The notes: generated by a model not told the origin, from the sequence alone. 64,000 bases of DNA from a virus (IMGVR_UViG_3300033463_000115:91-64090); one strand, 5' to 3'; shown: positions 34,501 to 44,763, numbered from the stretch's first letter. Numbers and translations: made by a program.

Positions 34501-36803
34501 AGATACTTGGTATAATTGGTGCTCTTAGTGTTGCTCTTGCTTTATTTGCTATTATTCCAGCACCTGAAATGGGAACGATATTATCAATACTTGCTTTTGC
34601 CGCAGCTATTACTATTATAGGAAAAGCAGTTGAAAAGTTCATAGGATTAGGACTTGAGAAATCATTAAAGGGTGTTGCTATTTTAGGATTCTCACTATTG
34701 GCAATAACTGTTGCTATGAAACAATTAAGTGGGTTCTATAGTGCTGGTTTACTTAAATCTGCTATTGGTATTTCTATTATTTGTGTTGCGCTTAATGCAT
34801 TAATACCTCTTATTACTGCTATTGTTGGCTTGTCATCACTTAACTTTGAAGCTACAATGGCTGCCATAGCATCTATCGCAGGTCTTATATTGGCATTTGC
34901 TTTAGCTGCTGCGTTGGCGTCTGCAACTAATGCACAAAGTACTTTAGTTGGACTTGGTGCTGGTATTGCGTTAATGGCTGTTGGATTGGGAGTATTTGGA
35001 GCTCTTGGCGTTCCTGCTATAAAAGGACTTAAAGCTCTAACGACAACTTTAATAGCATTAATCGGTGTGGCATTGATAATAAAAGTATTAGATTTACACA
35101 TAGCTCTAATGTCTATATCTGCTGCTTTAACAGCATTTTCTTCATCAGCACTCATATTCTCAGCGGCTGTATTTGTTTGTGCTGTATCTATAAAGATTTT
35201 AGCTAAAGCTCTACCTCAATTAGCAGATGGTATAGTTTCTTTTGCAGAAAAAATTACAGCTAACGTAACTGTTATTACAAATGGAATCGCTGCTGTTATT
35301 ACTGCAACTTGTGCGGCTATTGCTAAAAGCGCTCCTTCGATTGCTCTTGCATTAGTACGAGTTGTTAGAAGTGTATTTAGGGCATTTGCTACTACTCTAA
35401 ACACCATATGGCCAGAAGTTAAGAAACTTATATTTGAGTTCTTTGGATTAGCTAGAGATATTATTCCTGATCTTGCCAACATGTTAATAGGTGCTGGTAT
35501 TATATTAATTAACAGTCTCGCTGCTGCTGTTAATGATACTTCAGGCGCATTTACTAAAGCTGTATTTAATCTATTAGAAAGTATATTTAATCTTGTATTA
35601 CAAGTCATGGAAGAAACTCTTAGAACATTAAATCTAGATTTCTTAGCTGATGAAATAGAAGATGTGATAGATGAAAATACAGAACAAATGGAACGACGTA
35701 CTAAGGAGATTAATAAGACCTTAGATGATCTTGGCGTCTCTAATGCTGATTCTTATGCTGACGGAGTAGAGAGAGAGTCAGATAAGAGGTCTAAATCTCT
35801 CAATATTGCTGATAAATTCTTAGCTGCTGCTAAGGAAAAAGGAGAGAATTTTGATTTATCTAAAGTTGTAAACATGGATTCAACAGCTTTAGGGGAGATG
35901 GCTGATGAAGCTGGTATAATTAGTACCGATAATATTGTAAAAGAGCTATCTAGCGGTAAAATAGAAGAGGCTTATGCGGAAGCTGGATTGGCTGCAACAG
36001 ATGCATATACAATGCCAGAAGAGTATGAGAGTGTTGCTGATATTAACTGGAACGCATATTCTGAAGAGACAATTGACAGATATCCTCAAACTAAAGAAGA
36101 GGGTGCCGAGATGTCTAAGGAAGGTGCAGAGGGTGCTGAATCAACTGCTCCACTTTATAAAGACGCTGCTCACTATTTAGTAACTGGATTTGCTAATGAG
36201 ATAAGAGCTGGACGTATGAGAGTATATGCTGTTGGTAAAGTTCTTGCCGCTGCTGCTAAGAATGCTATTGACGACCAGCTTGATATTGATTCACCTTCAA
36301 AAGAGACTGCTAAGAGTGGTATGTATACTGTTCTTGGTTTCGTTAAAGGTATAGAAGACTATCAGAAGCAAGCTGTTAACGCAGGTGAAGAACTTGGCGA
36401 TGAAACAGTACAGATTCTTAAGGGACCAATAGAAAGAATTCTCGATTTACTTAACGGTAATCTTGAATTTGACCCAACAATCAGACCGGTTCTTGATACT
36501 GCTGAACTTGAAAGTGGTATTCAGACTGCTAATGGTTTATTTGGTAGTACATCATACAGACTTGCAGGAGCTAATGCATCTCTTAATAGAGTTAATGCTG
36601 AAGTTTCATCCGCAGACATCAAAATGGGAAGTCCTGACGTTGTTCAGGCTATAAATGAGTTAAGAGGAGACTTCAATGAGATGTCTACTAAACTCGATAA
36701 CTTACAGGTAGTAATGGATTCCGGTGCTCTTGTTGGTTCTATAGTTGGACCGATGGACAGCGCATTAGGAAGAAGACAAATTGCAAAAGGAAGGGGTAAT
36801 TAA
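31593..36803 (+). CDS. Tape measure protein
   Basis: 1736 aa; tape-measure domain LNTYADRTIYSF; long hydrophobic helical repeats. Confidence 0.93.
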   Translation: MPNTDERIVSMKFDNAQFENGVSTSIKSIDKLNQALRFEGVSDSFDQISRAARKVDLSGAQSNVDSFLNHLSIQSIAKINVISNLITDVYQKGKKLINDIFVAPKKDGFNEYELKMGSVQTIMASTGETLDVVNDYLAELNTYADRTIYSFKDMTSSIGKFTNAGVKLEDAVLAIKGVSNEAAVSGANANEASRAMYNFAQALSAGYVKLIDWKSIENANMATVEFKKELINTAVELGTVVKEGDKYRSVTKDLNGKVSELFTETTMFNDSLSAQWMTTDVLVKTLGRYADESTNIGKKAYAAAQEVKTFSQLMDTFKEALGSGWAQSFEIVIGNFEEAKELFSTISGLLDHIVDISFKVQNGLLQMWKDNGGRDRLIKDIKTITNNLTTLSDKVVKTVLGPKYAKFIEDQADSTDKLSKSVEKYSAAEMEAARSIWYGENKYGNGEERVKNLEAAGLNAQKVQEYVEKLITSGWNLDTALENAKEDLAEISETEEKSDDQIGWNKWAKAFDHIVHTLKMVGTGIRDLGAAGLNVIKNVVEPFVEEFDLSPITWDIKEIAKRFMSFSARLKESTKQMTTLRTVVKFLTKLLNTLYEIVSPLIQFVYKNLYRIGDFLIKIGNAIDNFVGNKRRYAEFASIWSSINVIFNNFKESIKQVAKTFTDYIKSSNNPRLQKLLDFFKTLKDRVTKLLDVGLDLVVKYLDKLAKEGFGKFDIKGVDKVIAILDNLYEKIKKLISVIFGNTKDFFGGNKKTVFENVVKTAKTTFSDTDTKKKASEWISGVLSSITNAFKGFSFEKLLNMVKLGALVYSVYITKKSFDKLNKTISSFKLSITKVVDNVSGVLTAYQKKIKAQSLIYIAGAIAILSLSLIALSQVDSSKLYSASFAISIVILALSALMKAMSTFHDKDLGKTEIANKLKGIKISLIDIKLNAYATAATIFALTYALKTVVDAILEFKNIGWANYLGGVVEILGIIGALSVALALFAIIPAPEMGTILSILAFAAAITIIGKAVEKFIGLGLEKSLKGVAILGFSLLAITVAMKQLSGFYSAGLLKSAIGISIICVALNALIPLITAIVGLSSLNFEATMAAIASIAGLILAFALAAALASATNAQSTLVGLGAGIALMAVGLGVFGALGVPAIKGLKALTTTLIALIGVALIIKVLDLHIALMSISAALTAFSSSALIFSAAVFVCAVSIKILAKALPQLADGIVSFAEKITANVTVITNGIAAVITATCAAIAKSAPSIALALVRVVRSVFRAFATTLNTIWPEVKKLIFEFFGLARDIIPDLANMLIGAGIILINSLAAAVNDTSGAFTKAVFNLLESIFNLVLQVMEETLRTLNLDFLADEIEDVIDENTEQMERRTKEINKTLDDLGVSNADSYADGVERESDKRSKSLNIADKFLAAAKEKGENFDLSKVVNMDSTALGEMADEAGIISTDNIVKELSSGKIEEAYAEAGLAATDAYTMPEEYESVADINWNAYSEETIDRYPQTKEEGAEMSKEGAEGAESTAPLYKDAAHYLVTGFANEIRAGRMRVYAVGKVLAAAAKNAIDDQLDIDSPSKETAKSGMYTVLGFVKGIEDYQKQAVNAGEELGDETVQILKGPIERILDLLNGNLEFDPTIRPVLDTAELESGIQTANGLFGSTSYRLAGANASLNRVNAEVSSADIKMGSPDVVQAINELRGDFNEMSTKLDNLQVVMDSGALVGSIVGPMDSALGRRQIAKGRGN

Positions 36804-36806
36804 TTC

Positions 36807-37826
36807 ATGGATGTCATTACTAAAACACAAGTACATAAGTCAAGAAATGTACATTCAATAACATTTGTTGATGATAGTATTGTATATGACTATGATCAGG
36901 ATGATTCGACAAATGACAGAAGACGTTATGTTAGTCATAGTAATTTCTATATGGAAGATAATTACTCTCATCCTTATGATAGATACAAGAAAGCTTGGAC
37001 AAAGTATAATGAGCGTAATACATGGGATGATTGGTTCTTAGTTCCAACTGAGAGACCGTCTGTTAATAACCCAGATTACAAGTCTAATTATATTGATGTT
37101 CCAGGTGCTAATTCATCTCTTGACTTTACAGAGTCATTAACCAACTATCCATTATATTCTAATAGAACAGGAAGTTGGACGTTCAGAACAACCCCAGGCT
37201 ACTACCCCTGGGACGTTCTGTATCAGCGTGTGTCAAACTATTTACATGGTAGAAAGTTACGTGTCATACTTGAAGATGATGCATATTACTACTATGTAGG
37301 TAGATTAAAAGTAAATGAGTTTAAGTCTAACGAACATGCTAGTGAAATAGTAATAGACTATGATCTTGAACCATACAAATACTGTTTATGGACAACACAG
37401 GAACCATGGCTGTGGGATAACATGGATTTCGAGTATGAACATATTTACGATGTTGATGACTATACTTGGACTATTGATACAAGTGCAATTATCGTATTAT
37501 CAGATATTAATGTTCAGTATAAAGACCCAACATGGACATGGGATGAAGAGAAATATTATGGACTTGAATCTAAAGACATGATAGGTCGTATGCCTGTATA
37601 TCCTATTGTTACAGTAGCTTCATCTGATCAGCAAGGTATGACTGTTCTGCTTCAGACTGATGATTTAGGACAGACATTTTCAGATGGAAAGACATACACA
37701 TTTCCTGATGGTACTACTAATAGATCATTTATGCTATCTAATGTTAGACGAGACTCAAGAACAACATTAACAGTCACTGGTAATGGTACATTTACTCTAG
37801 GTTTTAGGAGAGGAGAGTTAGGATGA
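36807..37826 (+). CDS. Distal tail (Dit)-like protein
   Basis: YIDVPGANSSLDFTE..Y.NRTG.W.F..YYY.GR; follows tape measure gene. Confidence 0.75.
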   Translation: MDVITKTQVHKSRNVHSITFVDDSIVYDYDQDDSTNDRRRYVSHSNFYMEDNYSHPYDRYKKAWTKYNERNTWDDWFLVPTERPSVNNPDYKSNYIDVPGANSSLDFTESLTNYPLYSNRTGSWTFRTTPGYYPWDVLYQRVSNYLHGRKLRVILEDDAYYYYVGRLKVNEFKSNEHASEIVIDYDLEPYKYCLWTTQEPWLWDNMDFEYEHIYDVDDYTWTIDTSAIIVLSDINVQYKDPTWTWDEEKYYGLESKDMIGRMPVYPIVTVASSDQQGMTVLLQTDDLGQTFSDGKTYTFPDGTTNRSFMLSNVRRDSRTTLTVTGNGTFTLGFRRGELG

Positions 37827-40414
37827 ATTATCGTGTTTATGCTGGCAATAATCTTATCTATGACTCCTCTCTTGACTTAGAGGAGTTACAGCTTATTCAG
37901 CCAGTGCTTGAGAAAGAGGTGTCGTGTGCAGGTTCATTTGAGTTTACTCTGCCTGCCACGCATTCTTTTTATACAAACATAGAGAGATTCAAAACGAAAA
38001 TTTATATTTATAGAAATGACGAAACACTCCCTTATTGGGATGGTAGAGTCTTCAATGAGAACAGTGATATTTACAATAATCGTAATGTATATTGTGAGGG
38101 TTCTCTATCATATTTCAACGACACTCATCAGCCTCAGCGTGAATACAAGCACATGACATGCGATCAAATGCTTGAGAATCTTATTGCTAACCATAATAGC
38201 AAAGTCGATGAGAGTAGACAGTTTACACTTGGTAGTGCACCAAATGTTTTAAACGATGCTGAATATTTTTATACACAGTATGAATCTTCTCTCGATGCTA
38301 TTAATAAATTAGCTGAAGAATTCGAGTGTGATATTCGTGTTCGTTGGGATTATGACCAAGTTCTTGGTAAGAATGTCAGAAAGATTGATTTTATCGGTGA
38401 ATTTACTGACTATTGCGACCAGAAGATTATATTTGGTCAGAACTTACTTGACTTCACAAGAAGTTATGATATGAGCAACCTTGTTACTGCTTTGCTTCCT
38501 CTTGGTAAGATAGAGGATGATACAAGTGAAGGTCATAACAGAAACCTTGGTAATGAAGTAAGTGATGATGAGTTTGATGTTGTATATCCAACTCAGAATG
38601 ATATATCGTTACATCATACAAGAGCATGGATAAAAGTTGACTATGAGCTTGATGGAGAAATGATGGAGAAAGTAGAAGATACTGTTATAAATTGTGTAAC
38701 AGGTTATGATCCAGTAACTGGTGACCCAATTATTTCCCCATATCTTTCTGGTTATAAAGCTAAATCCTTCTTCGTTAATCCTGGAGATGTGTATTATTTA
38801 ACATCTAGAATGCAAAAAGGACAAAAGTATGATGAACATGGTAATGAAGTTACTTATGTTTTCTATGCAATATGTAGATTAATAAACGGGATTCCTATTA
38901 TATATTCATCTAAAGATCTATCCACTGGAACTGGCGCCGAAGATTTAAAGGAAACAAAAATAGAGATACCAAATACTGGTGAAGATTGGTATTTATATAT
39001 TTGTGGTAATGATTACGACTACCCATTTGTTCTTTATCGTGACAAAGAAATACCAGATAGTTTTGAAGATTATATTACAGCAGAAAAAGCTAATAACTCT
39101 TCTTTATATGTTAAAGCATCTCCAAGAGATGTTACCACATATGATGCCGATGGTAATCCAACGACAGTCACTGTTGACCCTTTAACTGAATGGGGATACG
39201 TTGAGAAAAGTATCGAATTCTCTATTCCTGCGAAAGTAGCGGATACACAAACCGCAGGTGATGAGATATATCCTACTCTTAGTGAGAAAAGAGAGTACAG
39301 AGCTTCAAAATACTTAGTAACAAAGGCCACTGAATATTTGGAACAGTATCAGTTCGATAATCTACAAATAGAGATAAGTGCTTTTGACTTAGCTACTTTA
39401 GGTGTTGACTGTGAAGCAATCGATATATTTCAAATGATTGGAGCTGTGTCACCCAAGCATGGTCTTAACAAACAGTTCCCAGTTAATAAGGTTAAATTCA
39501 CACTAAATGATCCAACCTCAAATGTATATACTCTCGGTGATACTTCTAACGATAACCTTACAGCAGTAAATAATGCTATTGATAGTGAGATATTTGCTAA
39601 GATTACAGAAGTCCCAACTACATCATCCGTATTAGCTGCTGCACAAAAGAATGCTGCTGAATCACTCAATATGGGTAAAAGCGGTTATGTGTCTATTGTT
39701 GATAGAGACGGTAAGGTTCTTGTCAGTGGTGCTCAGATTTATATTTCTCCAACTGAAGATTATACACAGACCGGTAAATACTGGGTTTATAATAGTAATG
39801 GATGGGGTTATACTAATGATGGTGGACAGAATGTCATTGGTGCTGCCACTATTGAATATGATGCAGGTGGAAATATAGGCGTTGCTATAAATGCTTCATA
39901 TATTGTAACTGGCACAATGTTCGCTGATATGATTAAAGGTAAGACACTAACTTTAGGTTCATATGGCATTGGTAGTGAAATACCAGACGGTAGCATATTA
40001 GTACAAGATGCTCTTGGTAATCCTGTATTTAGTGCTGATAAAGATCGTGTGACTATGCGATCGGCTCATCAAAATTTACAAGATATGTGGGATAGACAGA
40101 TTATTATTGAAGACGGAGAACTTGTTGGATATAATCTTAATACCAATAATCAACTACAAGAATCTTGTCGTTTCGGTCCTGCAATGGAGGGAGAGGGATT
40201 CTTTGGTGGTTATATTCGTTCTAATGATGCTTTGATAATAAATAGTGCAGGTTGGTTGCATATTGATGTTGACACATTATATGTTTCTGATAGTGGAGAT
40301 GATCATGCTCAAAATCAAACTCTCACCACTACAGTCCATGTGGATGGAAAAACACTGACATTCAAACACGGAATACTTATAAGGGTCGAGAATGACGAAC
40401 CGGACCCTGAATAA
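37823..40414 (+). CDS. Tail tip / Tal-like baseplate hub protein
   Basis: AGSFEFTLP..H, CEGSLSYFND, FGQNLLDF..LLPLG; 863 aa. Confidence 0.8.
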   Translation: MNYRVYAGNNLIYDSSLDLEELQLIQPVLEKEVSCAGSFEFTLPATHSFYTNIERFKTKIYIYRNDETLPYWDGRVFNENSDIYNNRNVYCEGSLSYFNDTHQPQREYKHMTCDQMLENLIANHNSKVDESRQFTLGSAPNVLNDAEYFYTQYESSLDAINKLAEEFECDIRVRWDYDQVLGKNVRKIDFIGEFTDYCDQKIIFGQNLLDFTRSYDMSNLVTALLPLGKIEDDTSEGHNRNLGNEVSDDEFDVVYPTQNDISLHHTRAWIKVDYELDGEMMEKVEDTVINCVTGYDPVTGDPIISPYLSGYKAKSFFVNPGDVYYLTSRMQKGQKYDEHGNEVTYVFYAICRLINGIPIIYSSKDLSTGTGAEDLKETKIEIPNTGEDWYLYICGNDYDYPFVLYRDKEIPDSFEDYITAEKANNSSLYVKASPRDVTTYDADGNPTTVTVDPLTEWGYVEKSIEFSIPAKVADTQTAGDEIYPTLSEKREYRASKYLVTKATEYLEQYQFDNLQIEISAFDLATLGVDCEAIDIFQMIGAVSPKHGLNKQFPVNKVKFTLNDPTSNVYTLGDTSNDNLTAVNNAIDSEIFAKITEVPTTSSVLAAAQKNAAESLNMGKSGYVSIVDRDGKVLVSGAQIYISPTEDYTQTGKYWVYNSNGWGYTNDGGQNVIGAATIEYDAGGNIGVAINASYIVTGTMFADMIKGKTLTLGSYGIGSEIPDGSILVQDALGNPVFSADKDRVTMRSAHQNLQDMWDRQIIIEDGELVGYNLNTNNQLQESCRFGPAMEGEGFFGGYIRSNDALIINSAGWLHIDVDTLYVSDSGDDHAQNQTLTTTVHVDGKTLTFKHGILIRVENDEPDPE

Positions 40415-40427
40415 AGGAGTGATATAA

Positions 40428-40823
40428 ATGGCTGATATTACTGATGAGTTACAGACGATATTACATGGACGTTTTGGTCGTGATATTCGTCATGCTATAT
40501 ATGATGCACTTGTTAAACTATCAGGAGGAGATCCTTCAGGTGGTTTAAAGAATGTGAAAATGACACGAGCTGAATACGACGCTCTTGATACAAAATCAAA
40601 CGTTACGGTATATTATGTCGTAGAAACATCAGGACTTGTAAATGAATATCTTGGTGATGTTCTTATTAATAGAGGCGGATTGGGTTCTGAACCACTTATG
40701 ACTCCTGTAACATTCTTTGGTAACGAAGCTACTGAAGAACCAACAGCAGGTAGTCCGACTTATACTGATGTGGATTACGAAACCATACCGTCACCATATG
40801 ACCCAGTACAGGAGGGAGAATAA
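40428..40823 (+). CDS. Tail-tip adaptor-like protein, paralog A1
   Basis: MADITDEL..GRFGRDIR.AIYDAL, shared with 42237-42848. Confidence 0.65.
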   Translation: MADITDELQTILHGRFGRDIRHAIYDALVKLSGGDPSGGLKNVKMTRAEYDALDTKSNVTVYYVVETSGLVNEYLGDVLINRGGLGSEPLMTPVTFFGNEATEEPTAGSPTYTDVDYETIPSPYDPVQEGE

Positions 40824-41479
40824 TGGCTATACATACTAAAATGTTAAATGTCGCTACTGATGACATATTTGACGAAATTATATCTTTCTTTGAAGACTAC
40901 TGGGACGACATAACAGTAGAAGCTGACGAAGAAGACGATACAAAGTTATATTTCAAAGAAGATACAGACAAACGTGCTATGCTTGTATATGACGATAATA
41001 AGATTAACTTCACTATATATGGAAGTAGTGAAGATGTTTACAAGAGCACCAATCTTCCTTATGGAAGCAGTGGTTCTGCTACAACTATTAATCTCACAGC
41101 AACCTCTAAAGGAATCTCTCTTACAGTAAACTCTTTAGGAGAACTTATATTTGGTAAAAGCAGAGATGAAGTTAACTTTGTTTGTTTAGCGTATAGGAAT
41201 ATAGCTTCAGGAGTTGCTAACCCAGAATATTATATTGCGACAAGTGACACCAACAATATATCTATGTCTACCAGGGTTTATCTTACTAATAATATTTCTT
41301 ATACTTGGCTTATAAATGTGCCAGTTGGTATAAATGAAGGTTTAGTCGATTATGCTGATGGAGTTTATATTCCGATTAACTATCAGATTATTGGTAACAC
41401 TTTCCCTTATATTTTCAGAACCAATCTCATGGTTAACACATTATTTTCAACCCTTGACGACGGACAGTATACGGGGTGA
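40823..41479 (+). CDS. Putative minor tail / receptor-binding protein
   Basis: 218 aa beta-rich, distal tail region. Confidence 0.55.
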   Translation: MAIHTKMLNVATDDIFDEIISFFEDYWDDITVEADEEDDTKLYFKEDTDKRAMLVYDDNKINFTIYGSSEDVYKSTNLPYGSSGSATTINLTATSKGISLTVNSLGELIFGKSRDEVNFVCLAYRNIASGVANPEYYIATSDTNNISMSTRVYLTNNISYTWLINVPVGINEGLVDYADGVYIPINYQIIGNTFPYIFRTNLMVNTLFSTLDDGQYTG

Positions 41480-41484
41480 TATAA

Positions 41485-42231
41485 ATGGCAGATATTTATA
41501 AACGCAATTGGTATAATTATTCATCAGAAGTTGAAGATATACTTGAGTATATTAAGGATTTCTTAGATGATAATAAATCTGGATATTTTTCTTCTGTAGA
41601 AGTCACCACTAATTCATACAGCGAACCATGCGTTAAAATTACTTTACCTAATAATGAATATTATACCATAAGTTACAGTAATGACATTACCGGTGAGGGT
41701 TATAATCTTGTATTTGAAAACTTCACAACTAAAGATCAGGATTATATTACTAGCGACACTGGTAAAAGACAATCAGCAGGAGTGGGAAGATACGTGTGGA
41801 AATTATCCTCTATATCATATTACAATCCTCCAGTATGGTGTATAGCTATGGATAACTGTCTGATTGTAACCTCTATAGCGCATATAGGTGTAAAGAGTTC
41901 CAACGATTTTGACAGACTTTCGTTTGTGCTATTCAGAAAAGATGGTAGTGTTATTAACCAGTCTTATCCTGGAGTTTCTTATAAATGTATTTATAGTACA
42001 TCAGAAGTTATAGATAGCGGTAAGATAAATGTTAATACGCCGTTTATAAAGAGTAATGGCACTATGCTTGGTGATATATTTGTTGTTCAGGATTATGGTA
42101 GTGGTAGCGCACAGCCATTTGCTAAACAGTATTCTACCTCTGGTGGAGTGTATTATGATGAAACACCAACAAGACTATCTGTCGGAGAAGACACGTATAT
42201 AGTTCTTGGTGGATTAGCAATAAAGGAGTGA
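41485..42231 (+). CDS. Putative minor tail / receptor-binding protein
   Basis: 248 aa S/Y/T-rich. Confidence 0.55.
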   Translation: MADIYKRNWYNYSSEVEDILEYIKDFLDDNKSGYFSSVEVTTNSYSEPCVKITLPNNEYYTISYSNDITGEGYNLVFENFTTKDQDYITSDTGKRQSAGVGRYVWKLSSISYYNPPVWCIAMDNCLIVTSIAHIGVKSSNDFDRLSFVLFRKDGSVINQSYPGVSYKCIYSTSEVIDSGKINVNTPFIKSNGTMLGDIFVVQDYGSGSAQPFAKQYSTSGGVYYDETPTRLSVGEDTYIVLGGLAIKE

Positions 42232-42236
42232 TATAA

Positions 42237-42848
42237 ATGGCAGATATTTCTCAGGAGTTAATAATTATTATAAATGGACGCTACGGTAGAGACATCAGAC
42301 AGGCTATTTATGATGCTCTTAGAAAAGTAAATTCTGGAGGCGGCGGAGGTGGTGGAGACCTCTCTGATTATTATACTAAGGAAGAGATTGACCTTAAATT
42401 AGGAGACTACTCTACAACAGAAGTAATGAACCAGACTATCGGCGCTGAACAAAGAGAAACACTCCGCTTAGTTAGTCTTAATTATTATACACGGACTTAT
42501 ATTGATGAAAACATTCCAACTAACACCACTCTCGCCTCATATTACACGAAGACTCAAATTGATACTACATTGGGCTCATACTACACGAAAACTCAGGTGG
42601 ATAGTCTTATTTCTTCTATAGAGTCTATGCCTCACGTAGTATGTACACAGGCACGGTACGATAATATGGATGAACACGATGAAGACACTTTATATTTTGT
42701 TAAAGGTGAGCTCTCGGTATCATTATATTTAGGCGATTTACCAGTTAACACAGGTGGTGGCGGTGGGTCAAACTCTCTAACAGGTTCTATGGGTTTGATG
42801 ACTAGTGGACCAACATCTTCAGTAGCTGGAACTAACGAGGAGGTATAA
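42237..42848 (+). CDS. Tail-tip adaptor-like protein, paralog A2
   Basis: Shared N-terminus plus YYTK.EID fibre-type repeats and Gly linkers. Confidence 0.65.
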   Translation: MADISQELIIIINGRYGRDIRQAIYDALRKVNSGGGGGGGDLSDYYTKEEIDLKLGDYSTTEVMNQTIGAEQRETLRLVSLNYYTRTYIDENIPTNTTLASYYTKTQIDTTLGSYYTKTQVDSLISSIESMPHVVCTQARYDNMDEHDEDTLYFVKGELSVSLYLGDLPVNTGGGGGSNSLTGSMGLMTSGPTSSVAGTNEEV

Positions 42849-42850
42849 AC

Positions 42851-43507
42851 ATGGCTTATACAATTACATCTGTCTCCACAGCAGGAGACTCTGTTACATA
42901 TTTAAGAGACTTATACACAGCAGTAAATGTTAACAACGATTGGTATGACAGTGTGGTTAAGGATGAAAATGATAGAACTCTCACCTTTTCTAAGGATAGT
43001 AAGACTCTGGTGGTCATAACAGTTCCTTCTACTCTTACTGCTTCTTCTGGCTTTACCATTGCTACATATGGTGTTAGTAATAGTGTTAGTAGTTCGGTTA
43101 GAATAGCCAGCAATATTCCTACAACTGTTGTAGTTGGTGATAATGGTATAATAATAAATTTTATGTATAGTAGTATCGGTAGTTCCTGTGGTTCTACTAT
43201 ATTTACTACGGGAGCTAAAAATAAGCTAATTTACGGCTTTACCACATATTCATCAACAAGTGCAAGTTGTATAATGAACGAAGATGATAGCGTTGCAGCT
43301 AATATCAGCGCTTGCACATACGAAAATAAAGAAGCCAACCTAACTCAACTTGTTCCTTATGTAACAGTATCAGATGGAACTACTAAGGAATGGACTAAAG
43401 ATATTCTTGCTGTAACAAGAAAAGAAAACACCAGTACAAGCTGGTCTACAATAACATTAGATAATGTCCAGTATATAACTAACAATATTATAGCAATGAA
43501 AGTCTGA
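42851..43507 (+). CDS. Putative minor tail / receptor-binding protein
   Basis: 218 aa S/T-rich. Confidence 0.55.
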   Translation: MAYTITSVSTAGDSVTYLRDLYTAVNVNNDWYDSVVKDENDRTLTFSKDSKTLVVITVPSTLTASSGFTIATYGVSNSVSSSVRIASNIPTTVVVGDNGIIINFMYSSIGSSCGSTIFTTGAKNKLIYGFTTYSSTSASCIMNEDDSVAANISACTYENKEANLTQLVPYVTVSDGTTKEWTKDILAVTRKENTSTSWSTITLDNVQYITNNIIAMKV

Positions 43508-43508
43508 G

Positions 43509-43533
43509 TCGCAATATATTCACACTCTATAGT
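43509..43533 (+). promoter_or_regulatory. Repeated promoter-like motif, copy 6
   Basis: TCGCA-14-TATAGT, immediately followed by GGAGGT. Confidence 0.8.
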
Positions 43534-43545
43534 GGAGGTGATATT

Positions 43546-43908
43546 ATGGCTAAAAGAATAAGCCGTAAGAAACTTATGAAAAATATTTTAACTGAAATGG
43601 AAAGGATTGGAAAACTCTTAACAGAGACTGACCCTAACCAGACATATCAGGAAAGGAGGAAAGTTACAGACAAGAACGGTAACGAGAGAGATGTTGAATG
43701 TACCGTTTGCCCCTATAACGATCTGCTGAAACAGCAGGCTGAGTTGATAGAAGCATACGATAAACTCAAAGCACACTCAATAAGTGCCGAAACTTGTCTG
43801 AAGACACTAACCTCAATTGGTATGTTTGGAGTAGGTCTTTGTTTCGAGACCAATCATGTATTTACTTTCAGTACAATGAAAGATTTCTTACGTAGACAGA
43901 AACCATAA
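43546..43908 (+). CDS. Hypothetical protein (cassette gene)
   Basis: 120 aa; terminator at about 43915-43950. Confidence 0.75.
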   Translation: MAKRISRKKLMKNILTEMERIGKLLTETDPNQTYQERRKVTDKNGNERDVECTVCPYNDLLKQQAELIEAYDKLKAHSISAETCLKTLTSIGMFGVGLCFETNHVFTFSTMKDFLRRQKP

Positions 43909-43953
43909 ACTTCTAAGGGGTGTGTAATAATTACATGCCCTATTTTTTTTCGC

Positions 43954-43978
43954 TCGCATAATTTCCATATACTATTAT
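43954..43978 (+). promoter_or_regulatory. Repeated promoter-like motif, copy 7
   Basis: TCGCA-14-TATTAT. Confidence 0.75.
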
Positions 43979-44020
43979 AGGAAAGAAACCCACAACAACT
44001 ATAAAGGAGTAGTGATTTTT

Positions 44021-44392
44021 ATGTTAAAAAAGATTATAATAGGCGTTATCAGCGCAGCAACATTAACAAGCTTAATAGCTTGGAGAGTAAGCTGGACGGT
44101 AAACGATGCGAAAATAAAATTAATTGAAAATCAAAAGAGCTGGGTAACATTCATTAATGAAACCGAAGGAAAAGACGACTTATTCTGGGGAACGAACTAT
44201 GAATATCCAGAGTTCAATCTGTCTTTAACAGAGGGTTTGACTGGAACTTATCAAATTAATGTTGATAAGGGCGTATGGCAGGATGCCGGCCCTGGAACAT
44301 TAAAATACGATATAGTAACAGAAACAATAACTGTTAAAGGTCATTATAATTGGACTACTGGGGAATGGGATGGTACGTTCCACAGAGAGTAA
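44021..44392 (+). CDS. Secreted or membrane-anchored hypothetical protein
   Basis: N-terminal KK plus hydrophobic stretch. Confidence 0.7.
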   Translation: MLKKIIIGVISAATLTSLIAWRVSWTVNDAKIKLIENQKSWVTFINETEGKDDLFWGTNYEYPEFNLSLTEGLTGTYQINVDKGVWQDAGPGTLKYDIVTETITVKGHYNWTTGEWDGTFHRE

Positions 44393-44393
44393 T

Positions 44394-44419
44394 AGGAAAC
44401 TTCGGTTTCCTTTTTTTTC
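44394..44419 (+). terminator. Intrinsic terminator with UUCG loop
   Basis: ggaaac-ttcg-gtttcc plus T8. Confidence 0.9.
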
Positions 44420-44421
44420 AC

Positions 44422-44446
44422 TCGCAATTAATTCACGTCTTATAAT
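44422..44446 (+). promoter_or_regulatory. Repeated promoter-like motif, copy 8
   Basis: TCGCA-14-TATAAT. Confidence 0.8.
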
Positions 44447-44486
44447 AGGAGCTATTGCTTCAATAAGCAAGAAAGGAGGAGATAAT

Positions 44487-44657
44487 ATGATAACATTAAT
44501 ACTTATTTTAATTCTTATTGGATTAATTGTAAGCCTAATAACTATAGTAGGGCTTATATTAACCATTGGGTGGGTATTTATTATCCCACTTGTGGTGGAT
44601 ATAATTACTATATTTATAGTCGTTAGACTTATAAAGAAAAAGAAAGGAGACAAATAA
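44487..44657 (+). CDS. Small two-TM membrane protein
   Basis: AAGGAGG RBS, ATG 44487, almost wholly hydrophobic, basic tail. Confidence 0.7.
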   Translation: MITLILILILIGLIVSLITIVGLILTIGWVFIIPLVVDIITIFIVVRLIKKKKGDK

Positions 44658-44763
44658 CGAATGAATATGTGGTTAATATTAGCCATTTTATGCATCATTG
44701 TGGCGATGGCTTCAGAAAAGAAATCTAAATAATCAAAAAGCGGCTCGTGAATAATTCACGGGC

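Noticed and set aside
37823-43507. Diversity-generating retroelement or invertase shufflon acting on tail genes
   Set aside because: No reverse transcriptase or recombinase, no template/variable repeat pair differing at adenines, and no inverted gene cassettes.
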